Part shown: piece by piece, positions 10,100 through 23,346 of the stretch
How positions within the stretch are numbered: position 1 is the stretch's first letter
Layout: every line of letters starts with the position of its first letter
NCBI RefSeq assembly: GCF_963921235.1
Contig: NC_086106.1
Location: 20,026,001 to 20,090,000 of the forward strand
Direction of reading: 5' to 3'
Length of the DNA: 64,000 nucleotides
DNA from: Mobula hypostoma
Lineage: Eukaryota
Position numbers and translations under genes: made by a program
The notes under the pieces: generated by a model
The model's input: only the letters and a program-made list of their open reading frames with translations
Database searches by the model: none
What the model was told of the DNA's origin: nothing

Positions 10100-13000
10100 C
10101 TTGAGAGTGAGAGAATGGGGAAAGGGAGAGCGAGGTGGGGAGATAATGGGGGTGGGCGAGGGATGGAGGGAGAGAGTGGGGTGTGACGATATGAGAAAGT
10201 GGGAAAATAGAGGGGAAGGAAGATGGAGAGGAAATCGAGGGACAGGGTGAAGGGGAATGGAGAGAGAGAGTGAGGGGAATGGAGAGGTGTGAGGGATGCA
10301 GAGAGTGTGAGGGGAGAATGGAGAGAGAGTGAGGGAAATGGGGAGGGGGTGGAGAGAGAGAGAGGGGGGAATGGAGAGAGCGTGAGGGAAATCGGAAGGG
10401 GGGATGGAGAGAGAGTGAGGAGGGGATAAAGAGAGAGTGAGGGAAATGGGGAGGGGGTGGAGAGAGGGGGGATGGAGAGAGGGGGATAGAGAGAGAGTGA
10501 GGGAAATGGGGAGGGGGTGGAGAGAGAGGGGATGGAGGGGGGTAATGGAGAGAGAGTGAAGGAAATGGAGAGGGGGTGGAGAGAGAGAGAGGGGGATGGA
10601 GAGAGAGTGAGGGAAATGGGGAGGGGGTGGAGAGAGAGGGGGGATGGAGAGCGAGTGAGGGAAATGGGGAGGGGGTGGAGAGAGGGGGGAATGGAGAGAG
10701 AGTGAGGGAAATGGAGAGGGGGTGGAGAGAGAGAGGGGGGAGTGGAGAGAGAGTGAGGGAAATGGGGAGGGGGTGGAGAGAGAGAAGGGGTGAATGGAGA
10801 GAGAGTGAGGGAAATCGGGAGGGGGAACGGAGAGAGAGTGAGGGAAATGGAGAGGGGGTGGAGAGAGAGTGAGGGGGGGATGGAGAGAGAGTCAGGGAAA
10901 TGGGTAGGGGATGGAGAGAGAGGGGGAATGGAGAGAGGGGGAATGGAGAGAGAGAGGGTGAATGGAGAGAGGGGGAATGGAGAGAGAGGCAATGGAGAGA
11001 GGGGGGGAATGGAGAGAGAGGGGGAATGGGGAGAGAGGGAATGGAGAGAGAGGGAATGGAGAGAGAGGGAATGGAGAGAGAGAGGAATAGAGAGAGAGAA
11101 ATGGAGAGGGGGGGATGGAGAGAGAAGGGGATGGAGAGAGAGGGGGAATGGAGAGAGAGGGGGAATGGAGAGAGAGAGTGGGAATGGAGAGAAAGGGGGA
11201 ATGGAGAGAGAGAGGGGGAATAGAGAGAGAAGGGGAATGGAGCGAGAGGGGGAATGGAGAGAGAGGGGGAATGGAGAGAGAGAGGGGGAATGGAGAGAGA
11301 GAGGGGGAATGGAGAGAGGGAGGAGGAATGGAAAAAGAGAGGGGGAATGGAGAGAGGGGGGAATGGAGGGAGAGATTGAATGGAAAGAGAGAGGAATGGA
11401 GAGAGAGAGGGGGAATGGAGAGAGTGAGGGGAATGGAGAGAGGGGGAATGGAGAGAGAGAGAGGGGGAATGGAGAGAGGGGGAATGGAGAGAGAGGGGGG
11501 AATGGAGAGAGAGGGGGAATGGAGAGAGAGGGGGAATGGAGAGAGAGGGAATGGACAGAGAGAGGGAATGGAGAGAGAGAGGAATGGAGAGAGAGGGAAA
11601 TGGGGACGGGTGGAGGGGGGATGGAGAGATAGTGAGGGGGGATGGAGAGAGAGTGAGGGAAATGGAGAGGGGTGGAGAGAGAGAGTGGAGAATGGAGAGA
11701 GAGTGAGGGAAATGGGGAGGGGGTGGAAAGAGGGGGCATGGAGAGAGAGTGAGGGAAATGGAGAGGGGGTAGAGAGAGGGGGGGATAATGGAGAGAGAGT
11801 GAGGGAAATGGGGAGGGGGATGGAGAGAGAAAGAGAGGGAAATGGGGAGGGATGGAGGGGGGTGGAGAGAGAGAGGGGGGAATGGAGAGAGAGTGAGGGA
11901 AATCGGGAGGGGGACGGAGAGAGAGTGAGGGAAATGGGGAGGGGGTGGAGAGAGAGGGGATGGAGGGGGTAATGGAGAGAGAGTGAGGGAAATGAAGAGG
12001 GGTGGAGAGAGAGAGAGGAATGGAGAGAGTGTGAGGGAAATGAAGAAGGGTGGAGAGAGAGAGGGAGAATGGAGAGAGAGTGAGGGAAATGGGGAGGGGT
12101 GGAGAGAGGGGGAATGGAGAGAGAGTGAGGAAAATGGAGAGGGGGTGGAGAGAGAGAGGGGAGAATGGACAGAGAGTGAGGCAAATGGAGAGGGGTGGAG
12201 AGGGACTGAGGGAAATGGAGAGAGGGTGGAGAGAGAGTGAGGGAAATGGAGAGAGAGTGAGGGAAATGAAGAGGGGTGGAGAGAGAGAGGGAAATGGGGA
12301 GGGAATGGAGAGAGAGTGAGGGGGGAATGGAGAGTGAGGGAAATGGAGAGGGGGTGGAAAGAGGGGGCGGATAATGGAGAGAGAGTGAGAGAAATGGGGA
12401 GGGGGTGGAGAGAGATAGAGGGGGATAATGGAGAGAGAGTGAGGGAAATGGAGAGAGAGTGAGGGGGGAATGGAGAGAGAGTGAGGGGGGATTGGAGAGT
12501 GAGGGCAATGGGGAGGGGGTGGAGAGAGAGTGAGGGAGGAATGGAGAGTGAGGGAAATGGGGAGGGGGTGTAGAGAGGGGTAATGGGAGAGTGAGGGTAA
12601 TGGGGAGGGGGTGGAGAGAGGGGGGATGGAGAGAGAGTGAGGGAAATGGGGAGGGGGTGGAGAGAGGGGGGATGGAGGGAGAGTGACAGAAATGGAGAGG
12701 GGGTGGAGAGAGAGAGAAGGGGGGAATGGAGAGAGAGTGAGGGAAATGGGGAGGGTGTGGAGAGAGGGGATGGAGAGAGAGTGAGGGGGAATGGCAAGAG
12801 AGAGGGAAATCGGGAGGGGGGATGGAGAGAGAGTGAGGGAAATGGGGAGGGGGTGGAGAGAGGGGGGATGGAGAGAGTGAGGGAAATGGGGAGGGGTGGA
12901 GAGAGGGGGGATGGAGAGAGAGTGAGGGAAATGGGGAGGGGGTGGAGAGAGGGGGATGGAGAGAGAGTGAGGGAAATGGGGAGGGGGTGCAGAGAGGGGG

Positions 13001-16000
13001 GATGGAGAGAGAGTGAGGGAAATGGGGAGGGGTTGGAGAGAGGGGGGATGGAGAGAAAGTGAGGGAAATGGGGAGGGGTGGAGAGGGGGGGATGGAGAGA
13101 GAGTGAGGGAAATGGGGAGGGGGTGGAGAGACGGGGATGGAGAGAGAGTGAGGGAAATGGGGAGGGGGTGGAGAGAGGGGGGATGGAGAGAGAGTGAGGG
13201 AAATGGGGAGGGGGTGGAGAGAGGGGGGATGGAGAGAGAGTGAGGGAAATGGGGAGGGGGTGGAGAGAGGGGGGATGGAGAGAGATTGAGGGAAATGGGG
13301 AGGGGTTGGAGAGAGGGGGGATGGAGAGAAAGTGAGGGAAATGGGGAGGGGGTGGAGAGAGAGGGGATGGAGAGAGTGGGGGAAATGGAGAGGGGTCAGA
13401 GAGAGAGAGGGGGATAATGGAGAGAGAGTGAGGGAAATGGGGAGGGGTGAAGAGAGAGTGAGGGGGAGTGGAGAGTGAGGGAAATGGGGAGGGGGTGGAG
13501 GGAGAGGGGATGGAAAGGGGGGGTAATGGAGAGAGAGTGAGGGAAATGAAGAGGGGTGGAGAGAGGGAGAGGGGAGAATGGAGAGAGAGTGAGGGAAATG
13601 GAGAGGGGGATGGAGAGAGAGTGAGGGGGGAAAGGAGAGAGAGGGAAATGGAGAGGGGGTGGAAAGAGGGGGGATGGAGAGAGAGAGTGAGGGAAATGGA
13701 GAGGGGGTAGAGAGAGAGGGGGGGATAATCGAGAGAGAGTGAGGGAAATGGGGAGGGGGTGGAGAGAGGGGGGATGGAGAGAAAGTGAGGGAAATGGGGA
13801 GGGGGTGGAGAGAGAGGGGATGGAGAGAGTGGGGGAAATGGAGAGGGGTCAGAGAGAGAGAGGGGGATAATGGAGAGAGAGTGAGGGAAATGGGGAGGGG
13901 TGAAGAGAGAGTGAGGGGGAGCGGAGAGTGAGGGAAATGGGGAGGGGGTGGAGGGAGAGGGGATGGAAAGGGGGGGTAATGGAGAGAGAGTGAGGGAAAT
14001 GAAGAGGGGTGGAGAGAGGGAGAGGGGAGAATGGAGAGAGAGTGAGGGAAATGGAGAGGGGGATGGAGAGAGAGTGAGGGGGGAAAGGAGAGAGAGGGAA
14101 ATGGAGAGGGGGTGGAAAGAGGGGGGATGGAGAGAGAGAGTGAGGGAAATGGAGAGGGGGTAGAGAGAGAGGGGGGGATAATCGAGAGAGAGTGAGGGAA
14201 ATGGAGAGGGAGTGGAGAGAGAGTAAGGGGGAATGGAGAGTGAGGGAAATGGGGAGGGATGGAGAGAGGGGGGATGGAGATAGAGTGAGGGAAATGGGGA
14301 GGGAGTGGAGACTGAGGGGAGAATGGAGAGTGAGGGAAATGGGGAGAGCTGGAGAGAGGGGGGATGGAGAGTGAGGGAAATGGGGAGGTTGTGGAGAGAG
14401 GGGGGATGCAGAGAGAGTGAGGGAAATGGGGAGGGGGTGGAGAGAGAGTGAGGGGGGAATGGAGAGGGAAATGGGGAAGGGATGGAGAGAGAGAGAGGGG
14501 GAATGGAGAGAGAGGGGGAATGGAGAGAGGGGGGAATAGAGAGAGGGGAAATGGAGAGAGAGTGGGAATGGAGAGAGAGGGGGAATGGAGAGAGAGGGGC
14601 AATGGAAAGAGAGAGTGGGAAAGGAGGGGGGAATGGAGAGAGAGGGAATAGAGAGAGAAGGGGAATGGAGCGAGAGGGGGAATGGAGAGAGAGGGGGAAT
14701 GGAGAGAGAGAGGGGGAATGGAGAGAGGGAGGAGGAATGGAAAGCGAGAGGGGGAATGGAGAGAGGGGGAATGGAGAGAGAGATTGAATGGAAAGAGAGA
14801 GGAATGGAGAGAGAGAGAGGGGGAATGGAGAGAGTGAGGGGAATGGAGAGAGAGAGAGGGGGAATGGAGAGAGGGGGGAATGGAGAGAGAGGGGGAATGG
14901 AGAGAGAGGGGGATGGAGAGAGAGGGAATGGACAGAGAGAGGGAATGGAGAGAGAGAGGGAATGGAGAGAGAGAGGAATGGAGAGAGAGCGAAATGGGGA
15001 CGGGGTGGAGGGGGGATGGAGAGATATTGAGGGGGGATGGAGAGAGAGTGAGGGAAATGGGGAGGGGGTGGAAAGAGGGGGCATGGAGAGTGAGTGAAAT
15101 GAAGAGGGGTGGAGAGAGAGAGGGAAATGGGGAGGGGATGGAGAGAGAGTGAGGGGGATAATGGAGAGAGAGTGAGAGAAATGGGGAGGGGGTGGAGAGA
15201 GATAGAGGGGATAATGGAGAGAGAGTGAGGGAAATGGAGAGGGAGTGGAGAGAGAGTGAGGGGGAATGGAGAGAGAGTGAGGGGGGATTGGAGAGTGAGG
15301 GCAATGGGGAGGGGGTGGAGAGAGAGTGAGGGGGGAATGGAGAGTGAGGGAAATGGGGAGGGGGTGTAGAGAGGGGGAATGGAAGGAGAGAGAGGGTAAT
15401 GGGGAGGGGGTGGAGAGAGGGGGGATGGAGAGAGAGTGAGGGAAATGGGGAGGGGGTGGAGAGAGGGGGGATGGAGGGAGAGTGACAGAAATGGAGAGGG
15501 GGTGGAGAGAGAGAGAAGGGGGGAATGGAGAGAGAGTGAGGGAAATGGGGAGGGTGTGGAGAGAGGGGATGGAGAGAGAGTGAGGGAGGAATGGAGTGAG
15601 GGAAATGGGGAGGGGGTGGAGTAGGGGGAGAGAGAGAGGGGGGAATGGCAAGAGAGAGGGAAATCGGGAGGGGGGATGGAGAGAGAGTGAGGGAAATGGA
15701 GAGTGGGTGGAGAGAGGGTGAGGGGGGATGGAGAGAGAGTGAGGGAAATGGGGAGGGGGTGGAGAGAGAGTGAGGGAAATGGGGAGGGGGTGGAGAGAGG
15801 GGGGATGGAGAGAGAGTGAGGGAAATGGGGAGGGGGTGGAGAGAGGGGGGATGGAGAGAGAGTGAGGGAAATGGGGAGGGGTTGGAGAGAGGGGGGATGG
15901 AGAGAGAGTGAGGGAAATGGGGAGGGGGTGGAGAGAGAGGGTATGGAGAGAGTGAGGGAAATGGAGAGGGGTCAGAGAGAGAGAGAGAGAGGGGGATAAT

Positions 16001-17140
16001 GGAGAGAGAGTGAGGGAAATGGGGAGGGGTGAAGAGAGAGTGAGGGGGAGTGGAGAGTGAGGGAAATGGGGAGGGGGTGGAGGGAGAGGGGATGGAAAGG
16101 GGGAGTAATGGAGAGAGAGTGAGGGAAATGAAGAGGGGTGGAGAGAGGGAGAGGGGAGAATGGAGAGAGAGTGAGGGGGGAAAGGAGAGAGAGGGAAATG
16201 GAGAGGGGGTGGAAAGAGGGGGGATGGAGAGAGAGATAGTGAGGGAAATGGAGAGGGGGTAGAGAGAGAGGGGGGATAATCGAGAGAGAGTGAGGGAAAT
16301 GGAGAGGGAGTGGAGAGAGAGTAAGGGGGGAATGGAGAGTGAGGGAAATGGGGAGGGATGGAGAGAGGGGGATGGAGATAGAGTGAGGGAAATGGGGAGG
16401 GAGTGGAGAGTGAGGGGATGGAGAGAGAGCGAGGGAAATGGGGAGGTTGTGGAGAGAGGGGGGATGCAGAGAGAGTGAGGGAAATGGGGAGGGGGTGGAG
16501 AGAGAGTGAGGGGGGAATGGAGAGAGGGAAATGGGGAAGGGATGGAGAGAGAGAGGGGGGGAATGGAGAGAGAGGGGGAATGGAGAGGGGGGGAATAGAG
16601 AGAGGGGAAATGGAGAGAGAGGGGGAATGGAGAGATGGGGGAATAGAGAGAGATGGGGGAATAGAGAGAGAGGGGGCAATGGAAAGAGAGAGTGGGAAAG
16701 GAGGGGGGAATGGAGAGAGAGGGAATAGAGAGAAAGAGGGAATAGAGAGAGAAAGGGGAATGGAGAGAGAGGGAATGGATATAGAGAGAGGGGGGGATGG
16801 AGAAAGAGGGGGGATGGAGAGAGAGGGAATGGAGAGAGAGGAATGGAGAGAGAGAGGAATGGAGAGAGAGAGGAATGGAGAGAGAGGGGAATGGAGAGAG
16901 AGGGAGAATGGAGAGAGAGAGAGGGGAATGGAGAGGGAGTGGAGAGAGAGGGGGGAATGGAGAGAGAGAGGAATGGAGAGAGAGAGGAATGGAGAGAGAG
17001 GGGGAATGGAGAGAGAGGGAGGATGGAGAGGGGGGAAATGGAGAGGGAGTGGAGAGAGAGGGGGGAATGGAGAGAGAGGGAGAGGAATGGAAAGAGAGGG
17101 GAATGAAGAGAGGGTGGGTAACAGAGGGAGAAAGACTGGG
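10100..17140 (+). repeat. ~7 kb GA-rich polypurine minisatellite array with higher-order duplications
   Basis: Units such as GGAGAGAGAGTGAGGGAAATGGGGAGGGGGT and GGAGAGAGAGGGGGAAT, with almost no C on the + strand. Rare marker variants recur at long periods. Confidence 0.95.
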
Positions 17141-19224
17141 GATGAAGAAAGGGAGGATGGGGTATGTTTTGATCTGGGGGAGAGTGTTGGGAGGAGGTGA
17201 AGAGATTGTGTGTCGAGTTGGGGAGGTAATTGCTGGGTAGAAGGTGTGAGAATGGAATTGAAGGTGGAGGGAGAGTCTGATTTTGGGAAAAGGGTGGGTG
17301 GGTGATGAAATGGAGGAATAGTAAACTGATTTATCACGTCCCCTGTTCTCAGGTACAATAAATAAAAAAAACTGTGTTTTGCAAACCATCCACAGATTAT
17401 ATCATTACACCGTACATTGAGGAATAGATGGGAAAACAATCAGCATACGCAGAATATCGTGTTCCAGTTCCCGCAGCAGCCAGACAACAATGTACAAAGG
17501 CCACGGCCAGGTAGATCGGTAGATCACAAATTGGTCTTTATTGTCCAGAAACTCCATTTAACCTAGCAACAGAAGTGAAGCTGCCCTTAAGCCTGGCGGG
17601 ATATGCTTTCGGGCTTTAGTTCCTTCTGCCCAATGGGGGGGTGGGGGGGAGAGAAGGGAGAATGTTCAAGTTGGGTGGAGTCTTCGATAATGCTGGCTGC
17701 TTTACTGAGGAAGTGAAGTGTAGACAAACTGTGAGATGGAGCTGGAGGATGGTTAATTTTTAATTGGTTTGTAACTGTCAGAAGTACCAAGGTGGAGTGA
17801 CAAACTTTGTATTGCGTGCATCCACTTAGATCACCGCATCACGTCAGTACACTGAGGTAGTTTGCACAAGGGAAAACAATCAGAATACAGTGTTATTGTT
17901 ACAGGGGCAGGCAGATAATCATGTTCAAAGACCATGACGAGGCAAATCAGGAGATCAAGAATTCATCTTTCTTGTACTAGGGAACCATTCAATATACTTA
18001 TAATGGCAGGATAGGAGTTGTCCGTGGGTGTGGCAGTATGGGCTTTCAAGCTTTTGTATCTTCTGCCCTATGGCAGGGACAGAGTAGGAGGGGTCCTTGA
18101 ATACGTTGGCTTGCTTTCCAATGTAGTGATGTGCAGACAGAGAAAATGGGTAGGGGGACGGTAGTGGAGCAGAGGTGAGGAATGGAAAGGAGTGGAGGAG
18201 TGGTGTAAGGTGGGAATTGAGGAGGGTTTGGGGAAGTGGAGGGAAGGGAGGCGACAGAGGATGAGGGAAGGGAGAGGAATTTAGGGAAAATTTGAAGGGG
18301 AAGGAGAGGAAGGAGGAAGAAATGGAGGGGAAAGGTACAGGATGGGAGTAGGAAATAGGGGAGGGCGGAAGTAATTGCGTGGGAGTAAAGGAGAAGTGAA
18401 TAGAAGGGTGTGAATGAAGGGGAGTGATTGGGAATGACTGAATGGGGGAAAGAATGGAGGGGAGTGATTGAAGTGCGAAAGGATGGAAGAGGAGTGAAAT
18501 GAGGAGAGACAATGGAGTGGGTGAATGGAGGGTGGAAATAATGGAGGGGAGTGATTGGAGTGGGAGAGAATGGAGAGGGAAAATGGTGGGGAGTGAATTA
18601 AGGGGGAGAGAATGAACGGGGAGTGAATGGAAGATGGAGATCCCAGTGTAAGAAACTTCAGCCACTTCCATTTACCGCAGGTGGTGTCAGGCATTCAGAG
18701 CTCAAAGTAAATTTGCTGTCAAACCCGTTTGTACATAAATGTACCATATGCTACATTGAGATTAACATTCTTGCAGGCATTTACAGGAAATATAAATAAA
18801 AGCAATCGAATCTACAAAACAAATTATGTAAACAAAGACTGACGAACAATCAGTTTGCAGAAGGAGCCAAGATGTTCAAATTTTAAAGATGGCTGAGAAC
18901 ATGGGTTATAAAGACACTTTGGAAGTGAGGCTGTAGGTCATAGAATCGGTACCGAGTTGAGGTGAGTGATGTTCTCCAAGCTGGTTCAGGAGCATGATTG
19001 CTGCAGGGTAATAAATAGCGGAGACTTGCCCGTGAGGAGCAGGACACAATCCAGTTACGAGCCTGAGAGTCTACTCTCGCTCATTAGCAGAGCGTTGCAA
19101 GGGGACATTGATGGTATTGACCGAGGAACGGGCTCACAGCGGGTCAGCCTAAGCATACTCACTCATTGCAGTCTGGATCCAGACAAGAGTCAGAGATGCA
19201 AGGCATTCTGGGGATGCGGGAAGT

Positions 19225-19390
19225 CATGGGCAAAACGCCAGGGGAACTCAGCAGGTCAGGTAGCATCTTTGGAGGGTAATGAATAGTTGACTTTCGAGCC
19301 GAAACTCTTCCTCAGGAAAACGTTGACTGTTTATTCCCCTCCATAGATGCTGTTCGATTTCTCTTACAGCATTTTGCGTGTGTTGTTAAA
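19225..19390. mobile_element. Penelope pLTR fold-back remnant
   Basis: ggaactcagcaggtcaggtagcatc... faces ...aaacgttgactgtttattcccctccatagatgctg; same family as 6586-7625. Confidence 0.6.
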
Positions 19391-19899
19391 GTGTCAGAGA
19401 ATCACTCAGCACAGTGTGCTGGCTCATGCCAACCAACCTATTGCTTGCGTTGTTCTGTTGAACATTGTTGAAGTGTGCCAGAAGGCATGGCCACACTCGT
19501 AGGCACCCCCGCGCCCCCCACCCCCCAACACATCCTGAGGCTGTCTTGGTTGTTCACTCAAAAGACCGGCGTACATACAAGAAACTAATGAATTTGAGCA
19601 TCATGGGAGGCGGTTGTGGCCGATGCAGGTCAGTCATTCCCAGTCACAAGACCAAGCTCTCGGCCTCTCGTTCATCTGTCTGCCCAGTGAACTTCCTTCA
19701 GCTGTGAGGCCAGAAGTGGGGGTGTCCGTCCACAGGAGACTGCAGCACATCTGGTGCTCTTCGCCGCTTCTCGGGGAAACGAACCAGCCCAACTCCGAAT
19801 GCGGAAAGGTCCCAGGCAAGCTCCAGGCCCGGTCTGAGAGGTGGCAGGGCACATCGATGCCACGCGGTTACAGGCAATGATCATATCCCGCAGAAGAAG

Positions 19900-20035
19900 C
19901 CCAGCCATCAGTCCCTGATAGCCAATGGTATGCCCACGTCTGAATTCCCAGCCATCAGCCCCTGACATCCAATGGTACGCCCACGTCTGAATAACCAGCC
20001 ATCAATGTCCAATGGTATGCCCAGCCATCAATATC
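19900..20035. repeat. 47-bp minisatellite, about 2.5 copies
   Basis: CCAGCCATCA recurs at 19901, 19948 and 19995, with a partial unit at 20021. Confidence 0.85.
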
Positions 20036-20134
20036 CTGTGGGATGTTAGCATCGGAAACGGAATCAAAGTAGCCATGTAAGCAAGAGCAAGTTTGAAGGG
20101 GGGACTGTGAGAGGGGGGACAGTGAAGGGGAAGG

Positions 20135-20380
20135 CATAAGAACTTAAGAAATAGGAGCAAGAGTAGGCCATCTGGCCCATCAAGCCTGCTCTGCCATACA
20201 ATAAGATCATGGCTGATCTGGCCATGGACTCATCTCCACCTACCTACCTTTTCCCCATAACCCTTAATTCCCCTACTAGGCAAAAATCTATCCGACCTTC
20301 GCTTAAATATATTTACTGAGGTAGCCTCGACTGTTTCATTGGTGGATAGATTCACCACTCTACTGCCTTTCCTCATCATC
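20135..20380 (-). mobile_element. CR1 3' end
   Basis: cataagaacttaagaaataggagc tail and RVVNL...GIKGYGEK C-terminal remnant. Confidence 0.8.
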
Positions 20381-22850
20381 TCAATGGCAGTAGTGGAAGG
20401 GAGGGAATAGAGAGATTGTGGGTTCAGGGGTCGGGGAGAGTGAGTCAGAAGGGGAGAGAAGAGAGTGGATGGGGAGGGAGTGGACATATCGAGCGTTCGG
20501 AGTGAGGGGATATTGTGAGGGGGAGGGAGTGAGGAGAGAGTTCAAGGGTTCAGAGGTGAGGGGAGTGAGGGGGAATGGAGTGAGGAGGGAAGAGTGCTGT
20601 GAAGGTGTGAATGGACAGATTTGAGTGTTCAGTGTGATGGGGATTGTTGGGGTGGGAGAGGGAGGAGTGGCCAGAGTAAAGGGGGTGAGAGAGGTGGCAA
20701 AGTGATGGACAGTGGAGGGCGTGGAAGGGAGGTGGGGAGAAGGCATGGTTTAAGCGAGGGGCGGGTGAGTGGGAGGTCGTGAGGGGAAAATGAATGAGGG
20801 CAATGAGGGGAGATTGTGAGGAGGGAGGGAGAGTGGGGTGAGTGAGTGATGAGATGGGAGGACTGAGGAGTGAATGAGGGTAGTGAGGGGAGGGAGTAGA
20901 GAGGGGTGAGTGAGATATGAGGTGGTAGGAGTGAATGAGGGGATGTAGGGAGGGAGGGAGGGTGTGAGAGTATGTGGGAATGGACAAGAGGGGAGGGAAT
21001 GAGGTCTGAGTGAGGGGCAGATAAGGTGAGATAGAGCTGGGGGGTCCACAGTGAGGGCTGGAAGAGAGTTGAGGATTCCAGGGGAAAGGGCTGGCCAGGG
21101 GGTGAGAGTTTGGATGAGGGGGTCAGGGATAGTGGAGGACAGAATAAGATGTCAGGGGGAGGGTGAGGTGGTGGTGGGGGTGCTAGCCACAGTGTGGGAA
21201 CGGACAGGGAGGGAACGGGAGCAGAAAGTGTTCACTGGACCTTGGAGGCAGGAATGAGGAAGTGCGTGCAGTGAGAGAACCCTCCCCCTTCTCCCTCTGT
21301 TGGGGAGCATTAGGTGCCGGCTGGGACAGGAGAAGAGCGGGGAGGGGTGCACTGTAGGTAAACAGGAAGAAACAGGGAGAGGATCAGGAAAGAGAGAGGG
21401 AGAGGGAATAGAGGGGGAGGGATTGAGAGGAGAGAGAGAGAGAGAGAGAGAGACACACACACAAAACAGAACAGGAACTAAGAGAGAGGCACAGTAAGAA
21501 AGAGCCACAAAAATGGGAGAGAGAGGGAGGCAGAGAGATACACGGTGGGGAGGGGGAGGAGAGAGAGAGAGAGAGAGAGAGGGAGGAACTGCGAGTGTGA
21601 CAGAATGGTAGAAACAAAAGGAATGGCAGAGACACACACACAAAGACAGAGAGCAAGACAGAGACTGGAGGTATGAGTGGGGGAGAGAGAGAGAGGGAGG
21701 GAGGGAGGGAGGGAGGGATAGAGACATGGATAGGAAGAGAGATGCGTGGAACTGGGGGCGTGGGAAACATCCAGAGGAAGTCAGATTAAGGAAGAATGAA
21801 ACAGACAGAAACAGTGCTTGAGAAACCGAGAGGGATGGAGTCAGGGAAACAAAAGAGCTACAAAAACAACAAGTGGGCAGTGAAAAATTGAGAAAGACAG
21901 AGCACAGTGAGCTAAACAGAGAGAGGGGAGGAGAAGGTGACAGAAAGAAAGGGAGACAGGCAGAAGGATAATGATGGGAAGTTTGGGAGAGGGAGAGTGA
22001 TGGGGTTAGGAGAGAGGGAATGAGACAGGGATTAGGGTGGGAGAGGGAGGAGGGGAGTGACAAGTGAGGGAGAAGGGGCTGACAGGCAGACAGAGGGAAG
22101 GAGGAAGGCGGAGACAGGGAATGTGTGATCACTGGTTGAGCGAGGTCTGGTGGTGGCTGGAGAAGCTGAGCTTAGCACTTTCTCTGTGGGGTGATTCACA
22201 TGACTCCCAGCCCCACCATGGGGTAAGACAAATCTCTCTATTTACCTCGGTGATTGGGAGCTGCAGATTCAGTCCCTGGAACCCAACCGATCAGTTCAGG
22301 TAAAAGCTCCCAACTCTTGCCTCTCTCTCTGTCTCTGTCTCTCCTTTTCTTGTGCACCGTTCACAGCCTCTTTCAACTTCCCTGCTCTCTTGATATCCTG
22401 CTCGTGACCCCGCAGGATGGCCACCATTTGGTGCTGCTATCCTGATAGTGCTGGAGGAGTCGCCCTGCTCGAGATGGCAGCGGGTGAGGCTCTGGCTGGA
22501 ATCTTTTCCTTCCGTCCGCTTCTGGCCTGGGCCCTTCAGCTGATTCCCTTTCTCCGTTAGCTTCCTGGTGCCGGAGGCTTGTGAGTGGGGTGGGGATGTT
22601 ACTGTCTGGGTCAGGGATCTACCTAGTGTGCAGGCACATGTGTGAGTGTGTGTGAATATATGTCCTTCAGTCTGTGTGCATCACATATATGTTACCCTGT
22701 GTATGTGTGTCTCTACATATGTGTCTGTCCTATGTTCATGTGTGTGTATATATGCCCCACAGTCTGTGTGCATCTTGTTTGTTTGTGCATGCGTGTGTGT
22801 GTGTGTCTGTCTGTCTCTGTGTATGTGCGTCTGTCTGACTGTCCCATTGC

Positions 22851-22854
<4 letters not shown>

Positions 22855-22891
<37 letters not shown>
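22855..22891. repeat. (GT)n microsatellite in a TG-rich tract
   Basis: Read directly. Confidence 0.9.
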
Positions 22892-22893
<2 letters not shown>

Positions 22894-23202
22894 GTGGGGG
22901 ACACAGATACCACATTCCCGAGGTTGCCTGATGCAGTGTGACGTTTGAACGGGTGGGACATTACTCACTGAGAAAGTTAGGTGCCGTTCTGGTAAACAGG
23001 AAGCTGGTTTCAGTTACCCATGGGTTTGCTGCAAAACCATATAAAGCATGCTTCTCAGGATCTGCCGGCGCGCACGGGACCAGAGGACGCAGCACGCTGA
23101 TGAAATGTAGCAAGGTAAAGGTCAAAACTCATCCCACTGTGCACAGGAAGATCCCAGCAGAAGACCATGAAACCAAGCAGGCAGGCAGCTCTGGCATAAG
23201 TC

Positions 23203-23346
23203 NNNNNNNNNNNNNNNNNNNNNNNNNNNNNNNNNNNNNNNNNNNNNNNNNNNNNNNNNNNNNNNNNNNNNNNNNNNNNNNNNNNNNNNNNNNNNNNNNN
23301 NNNNNNNNNNNNNNNNNNNNNNNNNNNNNNNNNNNNNNNNNNNNNN
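23203..23346. other. Assembly gap (144 N)
   Basis: Run of n characters. Confidence 0.99.

Noticed and set aside
10066-17439. Very long ORFs (2165, 1196, 901 and 557 aa; Pro/Ser/Leu- or Glu/Arg/Gly-rich)
   Set aside because: By-products of the GA/CT array, which is poor in stop codons. They are open in several frames at once and contain no recognisable domain.
19922-19985. ER stress element (CCAAT-N9-CCACG)
   Set aside because: The spacer is 7 nt, not 9.
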